Origin: Opitutales bacterium
GTDB lineage: Bacteria > Verrucomicrobiota > Verrucomicrobiia > Opitutales > JABSRG01
Length of the DNA stretch: 64,000 nt
Reading direction: 5' to 3'
NCBI GenBank assembly: GCA_051117635.1
Contig: JBNPEH010000014.1
Coordinates: forward strand, 2,786-66,785
Under the pieces are notes generated by a model, which ran no database searches, was not told the origin of the DNA, and was given only the letters and a program-made list of their open reading frames with translations. Positions 33,567 to 45,174 of the stretch are shown here, one piece after another. A program made the position numbers and the translations under genes. Every line of letters starts with the position of its first letter. Position 1 is the stretch's first letter.

Positions 33567-35993
33567 TTATTCATAGCGCAATGCCTGCAGGGGATGAATC
33601 TCACGCGAGGCGCGCCGGGCCGGCAGCAGGCAGGCGGCCAGCGCGCTCAGGCTCAGCAGGACAAGGACTCCCCCGAAGATCGCACTGTCGAAGACCGGGC
33701 CGATCAGGACGGGGCTCAGGACGCGGGTGGCGTGGGCCAGTCCTACGGCGAGGATCAGGCCGAGGGCCAGGCCGATTGCGACCTGGCCCAGTCCATGCCG
33801 GATAATCATGGCGAAAATGGTGGGACTGTCCGCCCCCAGCGCGAGCCGGATACCGATTTCCTGCCGGCGCAGGTTCACAGTATGGGCCATCAGCCCGTAC
33901 AGGCCGACGGAGGCCAGAAACAACGCGATGCCGCCGATCGTCAGGAGGAAGACCCCCGCGACTTCGAGGCCTTCGAAGACCTGGCGGATGCTTTCCCGTG
34001 GAGTCATGGCGAAATAAAGCGGGAGGTCCGGGTCCACCGCGCGGATACACCGGCGGAAAACCGGAAGGAGCGCGTCCGGGGTTCCGGAAGCGCTGAGCGC
34101 CGTCAGGGTGGCGAACCGTTTGGGCTGCTGGGCAAAGGGGATCAACAAGCCGCCCACCGGACCGGACTCCACCTCGGATAGGTCGCCCGCGAAGGCGGGA
34201 CCGCACAATCCGACGATCGCTGCGTCTACCCGTCCCTGTTCGCCCTGCTGGATGTTCAGATACCGGCCCAGGGGGTCTTCCCCGGGAAACAGCTCCTCGG
34301 CCAGGATCCGGTCGATGATCACGACTTTCCGACTATTCCTATCATCGTTTTTGTTAAAACGCCGGCCAGCCAATATGGGAATCTTGAATACGTCCGGAAA
34401 TCCGGGACTGACGGCGTCGTACCGGACGCTCGTCGGGTTCACGGGGGCTTCGGCTGCGGGGCTCGTACGCGGCGTCACATCCATCCAGCCGGATTCGAGC
34501 GCCCGAAACCGGGTCGTGAGGGCGGCGGCGGCCACCTCAGGCTGGCGGGTCACCTGCTTCAGCAACCGGTCGGCGAAGGTATTGATGTCGGCATCCGTCG
34601 GATAGGCTCCCTCAAAGAGCCCGAATCGAGCGGTCAGGACGTCATCCGTTTCAAAGGGCATGCGCTGGTTCATCAGGTCCCGAAGGTGGGTGACCATGAG
34701 GCCGGCAAGGATGAGGAGGGCGCAAGATACGGCGATCTGGAGAATGACCAGCCAGCGGCTGAGACGGCCCAGGTAGAGTCCGGAACTGGTCCGGCTGTCA
34801 TCCTTCAGAACGGCCAGTACCTCGATGCGCGAGGCACGCAGAGCCGGCAGGATCCCGGCGCAGAGCGCGGCCAGGATTGAGATGAGGACGGAGAGGCCGA
34901 AGGCGGCCGGGCTGTAATTGAAATCGATCCAGTAGGGTAGACCCAGGGCATGGAACCTTTCCTCCACCCCATCGAGTTCCCACATCTGATGGATGACTCC
35001 CAGGACCAGCCCGAGTACACTCAGGATAAGGCTTTCGAGGAGGACGCCACTGACAATCCTGCGCCGGGAAGCCCCCAGAGCCACCCGGATGCCCAATTCG
35101 CGCACCCGGGCAGAACTGCGGGCCAGCATCAGGTTGGCGACATTGGCGCAGGCGATGAAGAGAACCGCCATCGCCACCACCATGAGCGTCAGGTTGACGG
35201 TGAAGAAATCGTCGGGAAGCTGGTCGAAATTGACGCCTGACAAGACGATTCGCGGGGGTTCCTCCGGCGGGCCGTCCTCGGCTTTCCGGTGGGCGACCGC
35301 CAGCCGGGTCAAAGCCTCCTCCGCGACTCCGGTCGCGATGCCAGGCCGGACAGCCCCCACCAGATTCACCATCCTGACAGCATCCCTGGGTTGAAGGGCC
35401 AACCAGGCTTCCTCCTTCACGGGAAAGGCGAAGGAATCCGGGAGCACCCCCACGATGGTTCCCGCGTTGCCGTTGATTCTGTGCGGACGCCCGAGAACGA
35501 GGGGATCGCTTTGAAAGTCCCGGGCGAAGACCGCCTGGGTGATCAGCAGCGCCTTGGGAGCGTCCGGCTCGAAGTCCCCGGGTTGAAAAAGGCGACCGTG
35601 AACCGGCTTTACATCGAGGAGGTCGATAACCCCTTCGGTCATGAAGGTACCCTGGTAGCGGCGCGGTGTCCGCCCGTCGCTCACGTTGATCGTGCCGACG
35701 AAGTAGCCGCCAAGGGCGGTCATTACCGACTGTCGGGCCTGGATGTATTGGAAATCCTGATACTTCAGTGGCCGCCCGTAGCCGGATTTTTCATCATCGG
35801 CATGGAAACCCTGATATATGGGCCGGCCGTCGCCGGTTTCCAGGCCGCCGGACGTCAGGTTCAGGAGGATGACCAGATTTCCCGAGACCGTGCCGATGCC
35901 CAGGGCAAGCGTGATGACAGCCAGACCGGAGAACCAGGGGGTCTTCCGGATCAGGCGCAGGGCGAAGCGAAGGTCGTGCCAGAGGGATGGCAT
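33567..35993 (-). CDS. ADOP-family (duplicated MacB/FtsX-like) ABC transporter permease
   Basis: 808 aa paralog of the previous gene with the same architecture (LWHDLRFALRLIRKTPWFSG..., ACANVANLMLAR, IGIRLALGAD). Confidence 0.85.
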   Translation of the reverse strand: MPSLWHDLRFALRLIRKTPWFSGLAVITLALGIGTVSGNLVILLNLTSGGLETGDGRPIYQGFHADDEKSGYGRPLKYQDFQYIQARQSVMTALGGYFVGTINVSDGRTPRRYQGTFMTEGVIDLLDVKPVHGRLFQPGDFEPDAPKALLITQAVFARDFQSDPLVLGRPHRINGNAGTIVGVLPDSFAFPVKEEAWLALQPRDAVRMVNLVGAVRPGIATGVAEEALTRLAVAHRKAEDGPPEEPPRIVLSGVNFDQLPDDFFTVNLTLMVVAMAVLFIACANVANLMLARSSARVRELGIRVALGASRRRIVSGVLLESLILSVLGLVLGVIHQMWELDGVEERFHALGLPYWIDFNYSPAAFGLSVLISILAALCAGILPALRASRIEVLAVLKDDSRTSSGLYLGRLSRWLVILQIAVSCALLILAGLMVTHLRDLMNQRMPFETDDVLTARFGLFEGAYPTDADINTFADRLLKQVTRQPEVAAAALTTRFRALESGWMDVTPRTSPAAEAPVNPTSVRYDAVSPGFPDVFKIPILAGRRFNKNDDRNSRKVVIIDRILAEELFPGEDPLGRYLNIQQGEQGRVDAAIVGLCGPAFAGDLSEVESGPVGGLLIPFAQQPKRFATLTALSASGTPDALLPVFRRCIRAVDPDLPLYFAMTPRESIRQVFEGLEVAGVFLLTIGGIALFLASVGLYGLMAHTVNLRRQEIGIRLALGADSPTIFAMIIRHGLGQVAIGLALGLILAVGLAHATRVLSPVLIGPVFDSAIFGGVLVLLSLSALAACLLPARRASREIHPLQALRYE

Positions 35994-36152
35994 CAGGTTG
36001 TTTCCGGCGTAACATCATGGGCCGGGTTCAGGCGCTGTATCCGCACCGGGACGAGGCCCGGAGGACGGGCCGGCGACCGCTGGCTGAAACGGATCTCGCG
36101 GAGATTCATGGTGAGCAGGCGTATCTGACTTTCAGATACACCCGAAGGTGCG

Positions 36153-36857
36153 TCAGGCGGTGACCGGTTGCTGTTCGTCCACGATCTTGCCGTCGAGGAT
36201 GTGAATGACGCGTTTGGCGTGATGGGCGTAGCGGTCGTCGTGCGTCACCATGCAGATGGTGACGCCCTCGGCGTTGAGTTGCTCCAGCAACTGCATGACG
36301 GTTTCCCCGTTCTTCGAGTCCAGGTTGCCGGTGGGTTCGTCGGCCAAAAGGATCTTCGGCTCGCCGGCCAGAGCCCGCGCAACGGCCACGCGCTGTTGCT
36401 GCCCGCCCGAGAGCTGGCTGGGCAAGTGGCTCTTGCGGTGGCTCATCAGCACCTTGTCGAGCGCTGCGATCACCTTGTCCTTGCGCTTGGCCGGTTTCAT
36501 ACCCCGGTAAATGAGCGGGAGCTCGACGTTTTCGTAGACGGTGAGGTCGCCGATCAGGTTGAAGCTTTGGAAAATAAAGCCGATCTCGCGATTGCGGATG
36601 CGCGCCCGGTCCTCGCGGGACAGGTTGGCGACCGGGTGCCGGTCGAGCAGGTACTGGCCGTCGGTGGGCGAATCGAGCAGCCCGAGGATGCTGAGCAGGG
36701 TGGACTTTCCGCAGCCGGAGGGACCGGCGATGGAGACGAATTCGCCCCGTTCGATGTTGAGGTGGATGCCCGACAGGGCGTGGGTTTCGATTTCGTCCGT
36801 CAGGAACACCTTGGTGATGCCGTCAAGGACGATGAGGGGCAGGTCGGCTTGGCTCAT
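36153..36857 (-). CDS. ABC transporter ATP-binding protein, MacB/LolD-type
   Basis: Walker [11 protein letters not shown]-loop, signature [15 protein letters not shown], Walker [13 protein letters not shown], and an H-loop. Confidence 0.9.
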   Translation of the reverse strand: MSQADLPLIVLDGITKVFLTDEIETHALSGIHLNIERGEFVSIAGPSGCGKSTLLSILGLLDSPTDGQYLLDRHPVANLSREDRARIRNREIGFIFQSFNLIGDLTVYENVELPLIYRGMKPAKRKDKVIAALDKVLMSHRKSHLPSQLSGGQQQRVAVARALAGEPKILLADEPTGNLDSKNGETVMQLLEQLNAEGVTICMVTHDDRYAHHAKRVIHILDGKIVDEQQPVTA

Positions 36858-36884
36858 GCGCGCGGTTGGGTTGTGGGTGAGGTA

Positions 36885-37881
36885 TCAGTTGACTTCGATC
36901 CGGTCGTGGGAATCGTGTTCAGTTGTATCTGAAATAATGATACGATCGCCGGCATTGAGGCCGCGCACGATCTCAATCGTGTTGGCCGACGTGCGACCGA
37001 AGGTCACCGGTGTGCGGACCGCGAGATTCCCGGCCGGCTCGAGGCGAAAGACGCTGACCGTCCGGTTTTCGCGGGCGAAGCTGTGGCGACCCACGTAGAG
37101 CACGTCCCGCAGGTTCTCCAGCTCGCTGGTGCCCTCGACGGGCAGGTCGGGTCGGGCGCCTTTCGGGAGGTCGCCGATGCTGAGGTTTTCCACCTGTTCG
37201 GGGAGGAGGCGGGCGCGATTGCGGGTTTGGCGGGTGTCGGCTTGCTGTGCCTGGATCCGGGGCTCGCCGGACCATTCGGGGAAAGCCACGCGCTGCCGCT
37301 CGATGGCATACTGCGTTTCGGCTGTTTCGGCGCGGATCACGGAGGTGCGGTCATCGCGGTCCGAGAGCAGGCCCTCGTCGTACAGATCCTTGTTCACTTC
37401 AGCGGTGAGCCGGGCGAGCTTGCAGTCGCTTTCGACGCGGGCGAGGTTGCTCCATAGCTGGAGGAGGTTGCTCTCAAGCTGCACCTTGAGGCGGATGAGC
37501 TGAGCCTCGGCGGCATCGAGGGCGAACCGGGCATTCTGCGCCTCCTGTTCGAGTTGGGGATTGCTGAGCTCAATGGATCACATCCTCGGCGGTCACGAAG
37601 GAGCCAGGTAGGCGGTGCACCTGCTCCACCGTGCCGGCGGTTTCGGCGGTCAGGAACCGGATCTCCTCCGGGACGAGGGAGCCGATCCCGCGCACCTGGC
37701 GGACCATTTGTCCGCGCTGGACCTGATCGATCCAGACGGCCGAACCTTCGACGCGCTGAGGGGCGGGCTCGAGGAGGCTGACGCCGACGGTGATGCCGGC
37801 CAGGCCGATCAGGACGACGAGGACAACGATGATCTGGCGGATGCGCTTTTTTCGGGCGACATCCTGGCGAACGATATCCAT
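36885..37881 (-). pseudogene. HlyD/MacA-like periplasmic adaptor, split by a frameshift
   Basis: ORF 37570..37881 encodes the TM anchor and first lipoyl half (…FVTAEDVIH*). The +1 frame continues IELSNPQLEQEAQNARFALDAAEAQL... into ORF 36885..37484 (coiled coil, beta-barrel, C-terminus). Removing one base near 37575 restores DVIIELSNPQLE. Confidence 0.7.
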
Positions 37882-38068
37882 GGGGGAGGGAGGTTGGGAT
37901 GGAACGGGCTCCCGTCCCTTCCCGCCGGAAGGGGGCTAACGTCTCTGGTTCAAAGGGAGTCGATAAGCTATTAGACGGTAAGGATGAGGGGACTGTCTTC
38001 GAGCCTGGAAGTGAGATCGAAAAGGAATGGCAATGCCATGGCGGTGGATTCGAAAGCAGACCAGGACC

Positions 38069-38332
38069 TCAGGCGACCTGACGTTTCGGGCTTTCCGAAC
38101 GGGGAGCCTGCGAGAACGGCTCCGGGGAGGCGGGCAGTTGGTGGAGACGAATCTGCATTTCGCGGCTGACCCGGTAGCTCTGGAGGCCGACTTCGAAGCA
38201 CCCGTAGAGAGCGAAGAGGCTCATGGCGGTGACCAGGTCGGTTTCCACCAGGCGAAGCTGGCTCAGCAGGGTGAGGAGACCAAGACCGGTCAGGATGGTG
38301 AGGGAGCAGGCGGTGTGAATCAGGCGTTTCAT
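38069..38332 (-). CDS. Small hydrophobic protein (possible first gene of the efflux operon)
   Basis: 87-aa ORF with two hydrophobic segments (ACSLTILTGLGLLTLL; AMSLFALYGCFEVGL). No homology recognised. The overlapping 136-aa alternative ORF is R/P/S-rich and looks non-coding. Confidence 0.35.
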   Translation of the reverse strand: MKRLIHTACSLTILTGLGLLTLLSQLRLVETDLVTAMSLFALYGCFEVGLQSYRVSREMQIRLHQLPASPEPFSQAPRSESPKRQVA

Positions 38333-38363
38333 CGGGAATGTTTTGGATTAGATGCCTCTCCCT

Positions 38364-38381
38364 GAGAATTACCCGTGCCAA
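38364..38381 (-). promoter_or_regulatory. Weak sigma-54 (-24/-12) promoter candidate
   Basis: The minus strand reads TTGGCACGGGTAATTCTC about 48 nt upstream of the ATG at 38332. The -24 TGGCAC is perfect, but the -12 element is degenerate (TTCT instead of TTGC). An NtrC-type activator is encoded just upstream. Confidence 0.3.
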
Positions 38382-38410
38382 CCCCTTGCTTGGTTCCTTA
38401 ACCAGTTGTT

Positions 38411-38423
38411 AATCAAACTGTTA
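38411..38423 (+). promoter_or_regulatory. IHF-consensus-like site inside an AT-rich patch
   Basis: AATCAAACTGTTA fits WATCAANNNNTTR. It lies in the only strongly AT-rich stretch of this intergenic region (38400-38450), about 30 nt upstream of the TGGCAC element. Confidence 0.3.
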
Positions 38424-38531
38424 AAATTTAAAAAATTTCGTATTCTCAACTGAGGCCGGTGAGCCCGTAGCAGTGGCGGGACGCCGGTAATCCCATAAGT
38501 GGAACGGCCATTTACCGGGTTGCGGAAACGC

Positions 38532-39902
38532 TCATCCGGTCCGGGCGGGAAGGCGCAGGGTGGCGCGGGCGCCGGGCCGGTCTTCGCGATTCACCAGTTC
38601 AAGACTGCCTTCGTGCGCCTCCGCGATCTGCCGGGAAAGGGTCAGGCCGATGCCGCTCCCCCCCGGTTTGGTGGAAAAGAACGGCACGAACAGGTTGTCC
38701 GGATTGGCGATGCCGGGCCCCTCGTCCTCGATATCCAGCCGGATCCGGGCCCCTTCCTGCGTCCAGCGAACGCGGACATGGCCGCCGGTCGGGCCGGCCG
38801 CTTCGCACGCGTTTTTGAGCAGGTTGATGAGTAGTTGCTCCAACTGCCCCTCGTCCGCGAAAAGAGCGACGGTCGGGCCCCCGTCCACTTGAACCGGGTA
38901 CGGATCCCCCGGCTGAAGCGCGGAAATGCGCCGCACCAGCCCGCTCAGGTCCACGGATTGCTTTTGGGGCGGCGGGAGGCGCGCGATGCTGGCATAGGCC
39001 TCAATAAAACGGGCGAGCGACTGGGTCCGCTCCTCGATCACGGTCAGGCCGTTGGTCAGATCTTCCCGCCAGTCAAGTGGCAGTTCCTCGCGCTTGAGGA
39101 TGCCCCGCATGCTCCCCGCGATGGATTTCATCGGGGCGAGGGAATTGTTGATTTCGTGACCCATCACCCGGATGAGGCGTTTCCAGGCCTGGCGTTCCTC
39201 GTCGCGGAGTCGGCGCGACAAGTCGGTCACCATCAGCAGAGTCTGGGGCTCGCCATGGGCGCGAAAGGTCCCGGTTCGCCAACCCCAGCGCCCGGCCCGG
39301 CCCGGTAGCTGCACCTCACCCGCGAAGGCCGGATCGAGCATCCGGCCGATGGCCTCGGGCAAGGCGGATACCGGCTTTCCGATGAGTTGACCGGCCTCCG
39401 CCCCGAGCAGGGTTTCGGCCGCCGGGTTGACCAACTGAAGCACCGCCTGACTGTCGAAGGTCATCACGCCGACGTCGATTTCTTCCACCACCTGGCGGAG
39501 CAGGAGATTGGCCTCGACCACGCCGAGGCGGTTTTCCCGGAGGGTGGCGGTGAGTTCCCCGATCTCCAGCATGATCTGCCCCAGCGGATCCTCGGGATCC
39601 GCGTCGCGGGGTTTCAACGAATAGTCGCCCTCACGCAGGGCGCTGAGCATGTTGGATGCAGCCTGCATCGGCCGGAATACCGCCTCCATCAGTGCGACAT
39701 GGAAGAACAGCCAGCCGGCCCCCACAAAGACCAGTACCGTGATGACGGCCTTGCCGGAAAAGTCCCCAAACAGCAGGAAGAGTCCGGTGGCGAGCAATCC
39801 GGGCAGGGCGGTCAACCAGGCCAGGCGCCGGACCGTCCGGTAATGGTTGAACGGGCCTTTGCAGCGGCTGCGGTCGGGCTCGAGCGGAAGGCGGGGGGGC
39901 AC
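38532..39902 (-). CDS. Sensor histidine kinase (NtrB-like, two TM + PAS-like + HisKA + HATPase)
   Basis: H-box MGHEINNSLAPM, N-box LINLLKNACEA, and G-boxes DEGPGI and GGSGIGLTLS. Confidence 0.85.
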   Translation of the reverse strand: MPPRLPLEPDRSRCKGPFNHYRTVRRLAWLTALPGLLATGLFLLFGDFSGKAVITVLVFVGAGWLFFHVALMEAVFRPMQAASNMLSALREGDYSLKPRDADPEDPLGQIMLEIGELTATLRENRLGVVEANLLLRQVVEEIDVGVMTFDSQAVLQLVNPAAETLLGAEAGQLIGKPVSALPEAIGRMLDPAFAGEVQLPGRAGRWGWRTGTFRAHGEPQTLLMVTDLSRRLRDEERQAWKRLIRVMGHEINNSLAPMKSIAGSMRGILKREELPLDWREDLTNGLTVIEERTQSLARFIEAYASIARLPPPQKQSVDLSGLVRRISALQPGDPYPVQVDGGPTVALFADEGQLEQLLINLLKNACEAAGPTGGHVRVRWTQEGARIRLDIEDEGPGIANPDNLFVPFFSTKPGGSGIGLTLSRQIAEAHEGSLELVNREDRPGARATLRLPARTG

Positions 39903-39913
39903 GCGAGGTCCGG

Positions 39914-41290
<1,377 letters not shown>

Positions 41291-41411
41291 GGGGGAAACC
41301 CGGTTCAAACGTCCGGGTCTGTGTTTTGTCACCAGCCGGCGCCGGGTGACAAGCCTCTGCATGCTGCCTCCGTCCCCTGTCCCGCCGGGCTTCCCTGCGG
41401 AAACCCGCCGC

Positions 41412-42476
41412 TCAGGGCCGGCGACCGGGCGGCGTTTCGGCGTAAGTCTCCCAGCCGGCCAAGAGCGCGTCGATGACCGGCCGGCCGACCCGATAGGCGT
41501 TTTCCAGCGCCGGAAGGAAGGCCGAATACCCGCCCTTCTTTTCGCCGCTCAGCGATTCGGCTGCGGTGATGCCCGGATACTGCATGGTGAAATTGCTGAC
41601 CGTCCTCAACACCAGGAGTCGGCTGACATCCGCACGCCCGGCCCGGGTCAGCCGATCGAGCGCCCAATACGTGCCGGTGTCCTCCATGGCACTCGTCTTG
41701 AATTCGCCAGCGCCGCCTGTCCAGTAGTCCGTCCAGTCGTTGGCCCAGGTATTGAGCCGCGCGCCGTGCCAAAAGGTCATCGCCGCCAGCTGATCGCCCC
41801 GGGTGACGAAGGGCGGGCGTTGCGCGGTCGGAAATCCGGTGTACCGGGCACGCAGGGCGGCTGAATCGGGATTGTCCATTAAAGGGACGTCCTTCGTCAG
41901 CTCGTACGCCCAGCTGACCAGCTCCGGATCGAGGCGAAAGACTGCTCCTTCGTTGTCCTCGGGCCGGGGCTGGGCGTAGGGCTCGCTGCGACGCAGCGGG
42001 ATGTAACCGGTTGGCCAGTCAGCGGGCATTTCCCGGGCGTCGATCTGATGGCTGATATCCCCGTCCACCAGCCACTCCGCCCAGCCGGCCGAAGCGAGCG
42101 AAATGTCTTCCGGATCGCCGCCCGCGATGCCCGCCACGAGCCAGTAGGCCCGGCTCAGGTCAAAGCGGCGATCCATGCCCAGGCCCATGATCGAACTGGC
42201 CGATCGGGCGGTGCCGATCCCGGTGACGATCCCGAGGACGCCGGTCTCGGGGTTGTATCGCAGGTCCCGATTACCCTGAGGGAAGGGCAGGGCCTCCGGC
42301 AACGGCAGCCGCTCTACCCAGTATTGAAATTCGGCCGGCCGGTCGCCGGTATCCGCCCCGATTTCAAACATGGCCACGACGACCACGCGCACCGGCAGCG
42401 GCTTATCCCCGGCGGCGGTCAGGTCCGGGGCGATGAAGGAGCAGATCGCCAAAAATAAAAAAGGCGTGCGTGTCAT
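41412..42476 (-). CDS. Purine nucleoside permease (NUP) family protein, secreted
   Basis: Signal peptide MTRTPFLFLAICSFIAP, then VVVVAMFEIGADTGDRPAEFQYWVE... and GIAGGDP, typical of the NUP family as I recall it. Start at ATG 42476; the upstream 90 codons of the listed ORF look non-coding. Confidence 0.7.
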   Translation of the reverse strand: MTRTPFLFLAICSFIAPDLTAAGDKPLPVRVVVVAMFEIGADTGDRPAEFQYWVERLPLPEALPFPQGNRDLRYNPETGVLGIVTGIGTARSASSIMGLGMDRRFDLSRAYWLVAGIAGGDPEDISLASAGWAEWLVDGDISHQIDAREMPADWPTGYIPLRRSEPYAQPRPEDNEGAVFRLDPELVSWAYELTKDVPLMDNPDSAALRARYTGFPTAQRPPFVTRGDQLAAMTFWHGARLNTWANDWTDYWTGGAGEFKTSAMEDTGTYWALDRLTRAGRADVSRLLVLRTVSNFTMQYPGITAAESLSGEKKGGYSAFLPALENAYRVGRPVIDALLAGWETYAETPPGRRP

Positions 42477-42935
42477 GAGGGAATGAATGATTGAAACACG
42501 GGGAGTGGTTGTTTCCGAGCCGCATCGTTCATGCCAGTCCAGTGGATTCACAGGGGGCAGCGACTCTGTTCCAATCGGGTTAAAGGAGGAGCGCTTCGAG
42601 GGCGGAAGACATTTTTTTCTTGGAAAAGGAAATAGGACGGGCCTACTTCGAGGCTCTTCTGATGGCCTTTCTATCCAGCATGCCCAAGACGATTCGTCCC
42701 AAGCCGCTGTGTTTTGTTGTGTCGGCGCCGGTTTCTCCGGAACCCCCACACAAGCGGAAAGGTCTATTCCCTCGTGTGTGCCCCCTTGTCCTGGCCTGGT
42801 CTTCGGATCAGGCTTTTTCGTGGACGGTTATGCATCGGCCCGCGGGTTCCAGCGCCTGAATAATCCCTGGGAGCTGGCCGGATGTGGTATGCTTTCCGCT
42901 CAGTTGATTTCATCAAAACTCAGACTTACCGCCTC

Positions 42936-43718
42936 ATGATTGCACAAGCCAAATTGCGCGCCTTCCTGCTGAGCCTACTCGGCTGCTTCACCGCCTCCAC
43001 GGCCCTGGCCCAGGTCCCCGAAGACGATCTGGACATGGCCCGGGAAGCCCTGTCCGAGTGGGTCGAGACCAAAAAACTCATTTCCGAGGAACGAAACACC
43101 TGGAAAACCGAAAAAGAGATCATCAAGGATACCATCGCCACCCTCGAGGAGGAGGTGGAGACGCTGGATGCCCAGATCGAAGAAGCCGAAGAGGAGGCCT
43201 CCAGCAATCGATCCGCCCGCGAAGAACTCAACCTCGAGCTCGAGGAGCTGCGCGCCATCACCGGCAACTTTGAACCGGTCATCGCCGAGTTGGAGAAAGA
43301 GCTGGTCGCGTTGCTTCCCTACCTCCCCGAACCGCTGCTGGATTCCATGACCCGGTTGACCGACCAGTTGCCCATAGACGGCAAACCCTCCCGCCACAGC
43401 ATCAATCAGCGTGCCGTCTTCGTGATGGGCGTCCTTCAGAAGATCAATGACTTCAACAGCGGGGTGAATGTCTATCAGCAGCTGATCGAGCTGCCCGGCC
43501 AAAATGCCCGTGAGTTTTCCGTGATTTATCCCGGCCTGGCCGCCGCCTACTTCGTCGATGAAACGGAAACGGCCGCCGGCCGTGGGCGCCCGACCGCCGA
43601 CGGTTGGGTCTGGGAGCAGGATAATTCCATTATCCCTCAGGTTCACGATGCGGTTCAAATCCGGGAAAAGCAGATGCTGGCCCGCTTTGTCGATCTTCCC
43701 ATCACCATTGAAGACTGA
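42936..43718 (+). CDS. DUF3450-like coiled-coil periplasmic protein (TtpB-like, TonB2-system accessory)
   Basis: Signal peptide MIAQAKLRAFLLSLLGCFTASTALA and a long coiled coil. Its position directly upstream of a large MotA/TolQ/ExbB protein matches TonB2-type clusters. Confidence 0.65.
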   Translation: MIAQAKLRAFLLSLLGCFTASTALAQVPEDDLDMAREALSEWVETKKLISEERNTWKTEKEIIKDTIATLEEEVETLDAQIEEAEEEASSNRSAREELNLELEELRAITGNFEPVIAELEKELVALLPYLPEPLLDSMTRLTDQLPIDGKPSRHSINQRAVFVMGVLQKINDFNSGVNVYQQLIELPGQNAREFSVIYPGLAAAYFVDETETAAGRGRPTADGWVWEQDNSIIPQVHDAVQIREKQMLARFVDLPITIED

Positions 43719-43763
43719 TCCCGCCGCTCCTCACTCATTCAGGCTAACCGACCGAATCTTCCC

Positions 43764-45143
43764 ATGAAACGCTACCTTTTCCCGATCCTCGCCGTTCTGG
43801 CCACACTGCTCCCAGCCGGCGCACAAAGCATTGCCTCCGCCAAGAACCAGGTGGATGCCGAACTCAAGGCCGCCCTCGATGAGTTGGCCGGATTGCGGGC
43901 CGAAATCCGTGAAGAAAAGATCCCTCTCGCCAAACGCCTCAATGAAGTCGAGGCGGAAGCCCAGACCAAACGCCGCCAGGTCGAGCGTGCGCTCCGGGCC
44001 AAAGACAGCAGCACCCGGTCGCTCATTGATCTCCAGAACGAGATTGAGGCCGTCGAGGAGAGCATCACCTTCATGAACAATCAGTTGAATGACTTCGCCC
44101 GCAAATTTCAGGCGACCATCAATATTGCTGAAAAGCAGCTTTACGAAGAAGAGATCGATGCGGTTATTGAAAACATTGAAGACTCTGAGATGTCCGATGA
44201 GGAGAAGTTCGAGAAGCAGTTCGGATTGGTTTCGACTGCACTCGAGCGCGTCGAAGACGTCCTCAGCGGCAAAACCTTTACCGGCAAGGCTATCGTTCCC
44301 GGTGGGACCGAAAAGACTGGTACCCTGATCCTCTTCGGTCCGAGCAGTTATTTCGCCTCCTCCGAAAGCCCCGTCGCCGGCATTATTGACCCGAAGCAGC
44401 CCCTGCGACCGCGCGTCCTCGTCCTCGGCGAAAATGAAGCCGGAATCCGTGCCGTAGCCGAAGAAGGTACCGGCTCCCTGCCCTTCGATCCGACGCTGAA
44501 CGACGCCTTCGAACTCGAAGTCAACGAGACCACCCTCTGGGACGAAATCAAGGCCGGTGGTGTCTGGATCTGGCCGATCATCGTCTTTTTCGTCCTCTCC
44601 ATCCTGACCGCCATCTTCAAGTTCTTTGAAATCTACGCGGTTAAAACACCCAGTGATAACGTGCTGCAGCAGGTCCTGACTTACATCAACGACGGCCAGA
44701 AGGATGAGGCTATGAAGTATGTGAAAAAGGTGCCCGGGCCGTTCGGCCGGCTCCTTCAGGACGCCGTGGCTTATTCCGGTGAAGACAAGGAACTGATCGA
44801 GGAAGTGCTCTACGAGCGCATGCTTGAAACCCAGCCTACGCTGGAGCGTCTCCTTCCCTTTATCGCCGTGACGGCCGCGACTGCTCCGCTGCTCGGACTG
44901 CTCGGCACCGTGACCGGTATGATCAACACCTTCCAGCAAATCACCCTGTTCGGTACGTCGGACGCCAGTAAACTGGCCGGCGGTATTTCGGAGGCTTTGG
45001 TCACCACGAAATTCGGCCTGATCGCCGCCATTCCCGCACTGATCCTTCACGCGCTCCTTTCCCGCAAGGCACAGGGCGTTCTGGCCGCCATGGAGAAATT
45101 CTCCGCCGGCTTCGTGAACGGCCTCAGCACCGCGAAAAAATAA
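43764..45143 (+). CDS. MotA/TolQ/ExbB proton-channel family protein with long N-terminal periplasmic coiled-coil domain (TtpC-like)
   Basis: Signal peptide, about 260 aa of coiled coil, then three TM helices with the ExbB core APLLGLLGTVTGMINTF...ALVTTKFGLIAAIPA. Confidence 0.8.
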   Translation: MKRYLFPILAVLATLLPAGAQSIASAKNQVDAELKAALDELAGLRAEIREEKIPLAKRLNEVEAEAQTKRRQVERALRAKDSSTRSLIDLQNEIEAVEESITFMNNQLNDFARKFQATINIAEKQLYEEEIDAVIENIEDSEMSDEEKFEKQFGLVSTALERVEDVLSGKTFTGKAIVPGGTEKTGTLILFGPSSYFASSESPVAGIIDPKQPLRPRVLVLGENEAGIRAVAEEGTGSLPFDPTLNDAFELEVNETTLWDEIKAGGVWIWPIIVFFVLSILTAIFKFFEIYAVKTPSDNVLQQVLTYINDGQKDEAMKYVKKVPGPFGRLLQDAVAYSGEDKELIEEVLYERMLETQPTLERLLPFIAVTAATAPLLGLLGTVTGMINTFQQITLFGTSDASKLAGGISEALVTTKFGLIAAIPALILHALLSRKAQGVLAAMEKFSAGFVNGLSTAKK

Positions 45144-45174
45144 CCCGACAGCCGCCAGGACCGCGAAAGTCGCC

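Noticed and set aside
37971-38381. 136-aa minus-strand ORF upstream of the efflux adaptor.
   Set aside because: Extremely R/P/S-rich with no hydrophobic core. The overlapping 87-aa frame with two TM-like segments is the more plausible (still weak) gene, and the upstream part covers the putative promoter.
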